Part shown: in pieces, positions 57,516 through 64,000 of the stretch
How the letters are laid out: the number at the start of each line of letters is the position of its first letter
Numbering within the stretch: the stretch's first letter is position 1
NCBI GenBank assembly: GCA_002269645.1
Contig: NIVC01001054.1
Coordinates: 146,744-210,743, forward strand
Source of the DNA: Macrostomum lignano
Taxonomy: Eukaryota
DNA length: 64,000 nucleotides
Reading direction: 5' to 3'
Program-made: the position numbers and the translations under genes
Notes under the pieces: generated by a model
The model's input: the letters and a program-made list of their open reading frames with translations, nothing else
Told to the model about the DNA's origin: nothing
Database searches by the model: none

Positions 57516-59925
57516 TCAGACACCGTCTGGCAGCGGTTCGTCGCGCACCTCAACGTGCTGCTCCGTGCCGAAGCTGAACGCTGCGTGGCCTTTGGACAGG
57601 AAAACCACCTCCTTGGTCGCTTCATTGAATGTCATGCCGGTTTTCTGCTTCATAGTGCTCTTGATCACCTGGAAGTAGAGGAAGGTGTTCGTGCGAGCGC
57701 GGATACCAGCGATTCGACAGTTTAGGTTAAGATTAGGGTTTGTGTTTTTGTCGGCAGCTAATTGTGTCATGCTATAGTCTTTGTTTATCGGAACTGGATT
57801 TTGGACTTTTAAATCTTTATTGTCAATGAGTTTCTGGAATGAGACTTGTTCTCGAGTATCTATTGGGACTCTTAGAACTTCATAATATAATACGCCTCCA
57901 GTCCCGACTTTCGGGTTGACTGGTTAGTTATAATACTGGGTCTGGGATTCTAGTTATAATACCCAATTTATTATCAATTATTTGATTGAAACTGCAATAT
58001 GTTATCTGTAGTTTATTAGTTGCTTGTTTATCTGCCTTACGATGGCGCCCACGAGGTGGCGTCGAAGTTACTGGAAGTTAGGAAGTTATCTCGCCAATAA
58101 AGAATCATGGCTACGCCCTGTGAACACTTGTGAGCAGAAATGTTTAAAGTGCAGACATTAGATAGTAGCACAAGACTGTCGCCCTCAGACTGCTCATTAA
58201 TGAGAATGACATTGCTTGCCTTTTCTTGACACAAAATCCCCAGTTTATCCCAGTTTGTCTCGGCGTTTCTTGTCAACTGGTTAATTGCTATCTGATGTGC
58301 GAGTCTAGCATGCTTCTACTTAAGTTGTTCGTGTTTTGGCACAACTCCTACCTGGAAGATGTCGGCCTCCATGTGTTTCACCAGCGAGTTATTGTCTTCC
58401 GGATTGGTGATGCTCACTTTCACCCGGCCGCGGACGGTGCTGCGCAGCTGGAAGTCGCACGAGTACTTCACCTCGGTGATGTTGATCTGCGCCGAACGGC
58501 GCTTTTTCGGCGGCACGCTGACCTCGCTGTTGACGCTCCAGCTGATCTCCTCCTCGAATGTCTGCCCGCGCTCGTTAGTGACGGCCAGCTCGCAGTTGAA
58601 GCCGCCGCCGAGTTCCAGAATGTCACCCGGCAGTTTTAGCGTGATGCTGGCGTTGCCGCCTTTAGTGAAGGTTGACGAGACTCGAATGTCGGCGGTTTTC
58701 TTTGTTGTTCGAGTGGTTTGGAACGAATAGTTCTGCTGGTGATCCGTGGTGTTGGTGAAGAACGTCTTAAATAGAACCACAGCGTTGGGCCTCACCTGGA
58801 ATATGAAAATATTGCGTGGCTTATCTATTTTCATTGGGCACATCAGCATCCGTCCAACACTTCTGGGTCACTTCTCGATTCACCTGAACTTTCCCTATAT
58901 GTTTGAGTCACTTTTCGACTCATCCAAACCTTTCCTGTACATTTGAGTTACTCCCCAAATCACCTAAACCTTTCATATACACCCGAGTCACTTGTGGACT
59001 CAACTAAACCATTCCTACAAGTCTGAGTCACTCCACAAATCACCTGAACCTTTCCTGCACGCGTGAGTCACTCAAAAAATCAACTGAACCTTTCCTACAC
59101 GCCTGAGTCACTTCTGGACTCACCTGAACCTTTCCTACACGCCTGAGTCACTTCTGGACTCACCTGAACCTTTCCTACACGCCTGAGTCACTCCACAAAT
59201 CACCTGAACCTTTCCTGCACGCGTGAGTCACTCAAAAAATCAACTGAACCTTTCCTACACGCCTGAGTCACTTCTGGACTCACCTGAACCTTTCCTACAC
59301 GCCTGAGTCACTTCTGGACTCACCTGAACCTTTCCTACACGCCTGAGTCACTTCTGGACTCACCTGAACCTTTCCTACACGCCTGAGTCACTTCTGGACT
59401 CACCTGAACCTTTCCTACACGCCTGAGTCACTTCTGGACTCACCTGAACCTTTCCTACACGCCTGAGTCACTTCTGGACTCACCTGAACCTTTCCTACAC
59501 GTCTGAGTCACTCGTCGACCTGTTTGAGCTCTACTTAAACTTTCGGTTTAATTCTTGAGTCGTCTCAACCCGCAACTAAATTAGCTGGCTAAATACTCGA
59601 CTCCCTACATTTTACAGTCGATTCTGAACTTCAAGCAATTCCTGACTCATCAGGGCCTCTCCTACTTCTCTATAAGTGAATCATGGGCTCACGAGAGCCA
59701 CCCTAAGCATAAAAAATCTGAAACTTTCTTGTAACGTTAACTCACCTGCTTGTCGCTGTGCGAGAACTCTGGCTGCTCATGATCAATTGACACCTTCTTC
59801 CAGTCGATAGCGTAAGCCAAATTTTCGCAGCTTAATTTCTTTTGACTGCCAATCTTATTGTCCTCGAACTTGATCTTGGCCCATTTCTCCACAGTGTCCT
59901 CCAAGTCGCCTAGGCTGCCTTCCAT
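57516..59925 (-). CDS. ETX/MTX2 (aerolysin-like, LIN-24-like) beta-pore-forming protein, 258 aa; exons 59925-59746, 58795-58352, 57668-57516
   Basis: Three phase-0 GT-AG exons join in frame; LFKTFFTNTTDHQQNYSFQTTRTT, alternating Ser/Thr-hydrophobic hairpin SSTFTKGGNASITLKLP...GGGFNCELAVT, and WSVNSEVSVPP are typical of the family as I recall it; no signal peptide. Confidence 0.75.
58865..59515. repeat. 40-bp minisatellite in intron 1 of the toxin-like gene (CACCTGAACCTTTCCTACACGCCTGAGTCACTTCTGGACT)
   Basis: Period 40, about 16 units. Confidence 0.95.
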
Positions 59926-60528
59926 TTGAGAGAGTCGCGACTGTTTCTCGATCGTCAAAGTTGATCTCTCGGTTGCTCGAGTCGAACTACTTGGGAGCTC
60001 CCAATGCGAGCTGGAGGTGAAATTTATTGCATATTGCCCTACACTGTAGTCAGCTCTCAGTTGGTTGCGATGTGGGCTGTAGAGGCAGTGCGCACATATG
60101 GAGTGAGGCAGACTGAGAGAGAGAGAGAGTCAGGATTGGTCCAAGCCAGTCTAACCCTATCTTTCATTCAATCATACATGCGAAATGCATTTTTGTGTAT
60201 GTGTCCCTAATAGTGAAAACATTGGCAATCTTTTTTATTAATCTATCCATATTCGAGTATATCAATTGGTCGCTTAGCTTAGCCCAGATAAATATTCTTT
60301 CAACGCGAATCTGTAGCGATACGAATTCGGGTAGAGAAAAAGTCCACGCTGATTGCGCCAGATCAGTGCGACTCGGTCACTGCAGGTGTTTTATTGCGCA
60401 GAATTTGGCTTTGTAGGAATTGCGTATCAAATCTGACTGCCAAAGTGAGCCTGCACTGTACATATTGTGTCACTGATGTGTATTTGACTTTTCAGCAAAT
60501 TGGTTGCTTTCAACGATTTCTTGTTGAC

Positions 60529-60529
60529 C

Positions 60530-60628
<99 letters not shown>

Positions 60629-60708
60629 ATTAGTTAGTTAGTTATTTAGTTTGTTAGTCAGTCAGTTATTTAGTTATTTAATTAGTGAGTGAGTTAGTTA
60701 GTTAGTTG

Positions 60709-60757
<49 letters not shown>

Positions 60758-61461
60758 CTAGTTAGTTAGTTAGTTATTTAGTTATTTAGTTAGTTAGCTA
60801 GCTAGTTAGTTAGTTAGTTAGTTATTTAGTTAGTAAGTCAGTTATTTAGCTCGTAGTTAGCTACTTAGTCAGTCAGTCAGTCAGTCAGTCAGTCAGTCAG
60901 TCAGTCAGTCAGCCAGTCAGTCAGTCAGTCAGTCAGTCAGTCAGTCAGTCAGTCAGTCAGTCAGTCAGTCAGTCAGTCAGTCAGTCAGTCAGTCAGTCAG
61001 TCAGTCAGTCAGTCAGTCAGTCAGTCAGTCAGTCAGTCAGTCAGTCAGTCAGTCAGTCAGTCAGTCAGTCAGTCAGTCAGTCAGTCAGTCAGTCAGTCAG
61101 TCAGTCAGTCAGTCAGTCAGTCAGTCAGTCAGTCAGTCAGTCAGTCAGTCAGTCAGTCAGTCAGTCAGTCAGTCAGTCAGTCAGTCAGTCAGTCAGTCAG
61201 TCAGTCAGTCAGTCAGCCAGTCAGCCAGTCAGTCAGTCAGTCAGTCAGTCAGTCAGTCAGTCAGTCAGTCAGTCAGTCAGTCAGCCAGTCAGTCAGTCAG
61301 TCAGTCAGTCAGTCAGTCAGCCAGTCAGTCAGTCAGTCAGTCAGCCAGTCAGTCAGTCAGTCAGTCAGTCAGTCAGTCAGTCAGTCAGTCAGTCAGCCAG
61401 TCAGTCAGTCAGTCAGTCAGTCAGTCAGTCAGTCAGTCAGTCAGTCAGTCAGTCAGTCAGC
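60529..61461. repeat. Compound microsatellite (TTAG)n switching to (TCAG)n near 60866
   Basis: Direct periodicity. Confidence 0.97.
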
Positions 61462-61939
61462 CTGTATCAGTAGAATTTAAAAACAGGGCATTCGCTGGGC
61501 CATACCGCACTGCAAGCGCACACGTGACGGGCAGAGACGCAAGCCCAAGTTTAGTTTCCACAGACAGCATGCAGTGCTGCAAACAGAGATGCCTGCAAAC
61601 ACGCAGATGCCCACGCAATCGTTAAATAAAACAGAAGTTCTGGTGGCAGCGCAGAGCCAAGGCTTCAGCGGGTTTATTTTTATAGTATTTTTTTCTTTTC
61701 CTGCTGTCAAGCCACAGCAAAAATATCGTACTTGGCTTTCTGACTTCTTATTCTCTAGAAGTGGCTGCTCGCTGTTCTCAAAACCATCTGCTGCTGCAAT
61801 TCTGCAGTTTTTTCTGGGCTGAAATTTGATATTCAACTGAAACGAATTCCTCCTGATATTTTAGCTGCCAGGAACTGCCTGCGAACGAGAGATATTGAGA
61901 CTGAATCGCATCTTTAATGTGGGCCTCTGTGCGCCTTTT

Positions 61940-63745
61940 TGTCTGTCTGTCTGTCTGTCTGTCTACATATCTGTGTCCTATTGTCTGTCTGCATGTCTGT
62001 GTCCTATTGTCTGTCTACATGTCTGTGTCCTATTGTCTGTCTGCATGTCTGTCTCTTATTGTCTGTCTGCATGTCTGTCTCTTATTGTCTGTCTGCATGT
62101 CTGTGCCTATTGTCTGTCTACATGTCTGTGTCCTATTGTCTGTCTGCATGTCTGTCTCTTATTGTCTGTCTACATATCTGTGTCCTATTGTCTGTCTGCA
62201 TGTCTGTCTCTTATTGTCTGTCTGCATGTCTGTCTCTTATTGTCTGTCTGCATGTCTGTGTCCTATTGTCTGTCTGCATGTCTGTGCCTATTGTCTGTCT
62301 ACATGTCTGTGTCCTATTGTCTGTCTGCATGTCTGTCTCTTATTGTCTGTCTACATGTCTGTGTCCTATTGTCTGTCTGCATGTCTGTCTCTTATTGTCT
62401 GTCTACATATCTGTGTCCTATTGTCTGTCTGCATGTCTGTCTCTTATTGTCTGTCTGCATGTCTGTCTCTTATTGTCTGTCTGCATGTCTGTGTCCTATT
62501 GTCTGTCTGCATGTCTGTCTCTTATTGTCTGTCTGCATGTCTGTCTCTTATTGTCTGTCTACATGTCTGTGTCCTATTGTCTGTCTGCATGTCTGTCTCT
62601 TATTGTCTGTCTACATATCTGTGTCCTATTGTCTGTCTGCATGTCTGTCTCTTATTGTCTGTCTGCATGTCTGTCTCTTATTGTCTGTCTGCATGTCTGT
62701 GCCTATTGTCTGTCTACATATCTGTGTCCTATTGTCTGTCTGCATGTCTGTCTCTTATTGTCTGTCTGCATGTCTGTCTCTTATTGTCTGTCTGCATGTC
62801 TGTCTCTTATTGTCTGTCTGCATGTCTGTGCCTATTGTCTGTCTACATGTCTGTGTCCTATTGTCTGTCTGCATGTCTGTCTCTTATTGTCTGTCTACAT
62901 ATCTGTGTCCTATTGTCTGTCTGGGTGTTTCTGTCCTATTGTCTGTCTGGGTGTTTCTGTCCTATTGTGTGTGGGTGTTTGTGTCCTGTTGTCTGTCTGG
63001 GTGTTTGTGTCCTATTGTCTGTCTGGGTGTTTGTGTCCTATTGTCTGTCTGGGTGTTTGTGTCCTATTGTCTGTCTGGGTGTTTGTGTCCTATTGTCTGG
63101 GTGTTTGTGTCCTATTGTCTGTCTGGGTGTTTGTGTCCTATTGTCTGTCTGGGTGTTTCTGTCCTATTGTGTGTCTGGGTGTTTGTGTCCTATTGTCTGT
63201 CTGGGTGTCTGTGTCCTATTGTCTGTCTGCGTGTTTCTGTCCTATTGTGTGTCTGGGTGTTTGTGTCCTATTGTGTGTCTGGGTGTTTGTGTCCTATTGT
63301 CTGTCTGGGTGTCTGTGTCCTATTGTCTGTCTGCGTGTTTCTGTCCTATTGTGTGTCTGGGTGTTTGTGTCCTATTGTGTGTCTGGGTGTTTGTGTCCTA
63401 TTGTCTGTCTGGGTGTCTGTGTCCTATTGTCTGCCTGGGTGTTTGTGTCCTATTGTCTGTCTGGGTGTTTGTGTCCTATTGTCTGTCTGGGTGTTTGTGT
63501 CCTATTGTCTGTCTGGGTGTTTCTGTCCTATTGTGTGTCTGGGTGTTTGTCTCCTATTGTCTGTCTGGGTGTTTGTGTCCTATTGTGTGTCTGGGTGTTT
63601 GTGTCCTATTGTCTGTCTGGGTGTTTGTGTCCTATTGTCTGTCTGGGTGTCTGTGTCCTATTGTCTGTCTGCATGTCTGTGTCCTATTGTCTGTCTGGGT
63701 GTCTGTGTCCTATTGTCTGTCTGCATGTCTATGTCCTATTGTCTT
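61940..63745. repeat. ~20-26-bp TG/TC-rich satellite (GTCCTATTGTCTGTCTGCATGTCTGT), variant switch to GGGTGTTT near 62920
   Basis: Direct periodicity; the three long plus-strand ORFs are by-products. Confidence 0.95.
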
Positions 63746-64000
63746 TCCGCCTAAATATGCCAAGTCTGATTTTGTGTTAGCAGAATTGAGGCATTTAAAA
63801 AAATAGAAATCAAGTCAACCAGGAGAGCCCCCATCAAGGGGGAAAGTCTGTCACAGTTGCCAGGAACGGAGTGGGTGGCAGCACAGGGACTCCGGAAGAA
63901 AGCTGGGATTTGAGGAAAATTTACACTTGGTCCAGTTCTTTCAACATCAGCATTGGTGAGAAAGTTCTTGGAAAGATGGAGGAGGCGACGGGGGGAAGCC

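Noticed and set aside
61895-63806. Three 613-629 aa plus-strand ORFs
   Set aside because: Stop-free by-product of a TG/TC satellite; all three frames give the same Cys/Leu/Val permutation.
61720-64000. Possible minus-strand exons at ~61720-61820 and ~63870-64000
   Set aside because: Frame is ambiguous and no homology recognised.

Overview
Eukaryotic (invertebrate) genomic DNA in the standard code, with GC-rich spliceosomal exons and repeat-stuffed introns. The style resembles a Macrostomum-type free-living flatworm (inference only). Genes I could splice by hand into continuous frames: Tim8 (10.6 kb, +), two tandem intact sorbitol dehydrogenase paralogs (11.4-18.4 kb, -), an orphan low-complexity gene (25.5-28.0 kb, +), LRRC51 (31.9-33.6 kb, -), HMG-CoA synthase (39.5-47.0 kb, +) and an SGK3-like PX-kinase (48.1 kb onward, +; 3' exons not found in the window). 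A 3-exon ETX/MTX2 aerolysin-like beta-pore-forming protein gene lies antisense downstream of SGK exon 8 (57.5-59.9 kb, -), probably nested in SGK intron 8. Mobile DNA: two defective Ty3/Gypsy elements, Sola2-like and Merlin transposase relics, a LINE RT fragment and a tRNA-derived SINE with a 15-bp TSD. Best leads: (1) nearly every intron from 40 kb onward carries its own minisatellite, several built from splice-site sequence, most clearly a ladder of duplicated exon-end plus donor copies at the SGK catalytic-loop intron; (2) the probably nested toxin-like gene, whose first intron is an array of AP-1 motifs and perfect donors; (3) near-identity of the SORD paralogs confined to exon 2; (4) a one-LTR Gypsy fragment flanked by a 64-bp target duplication; (5) sharply bounded CpG-depleted tracts upstream of housekeeping genes.
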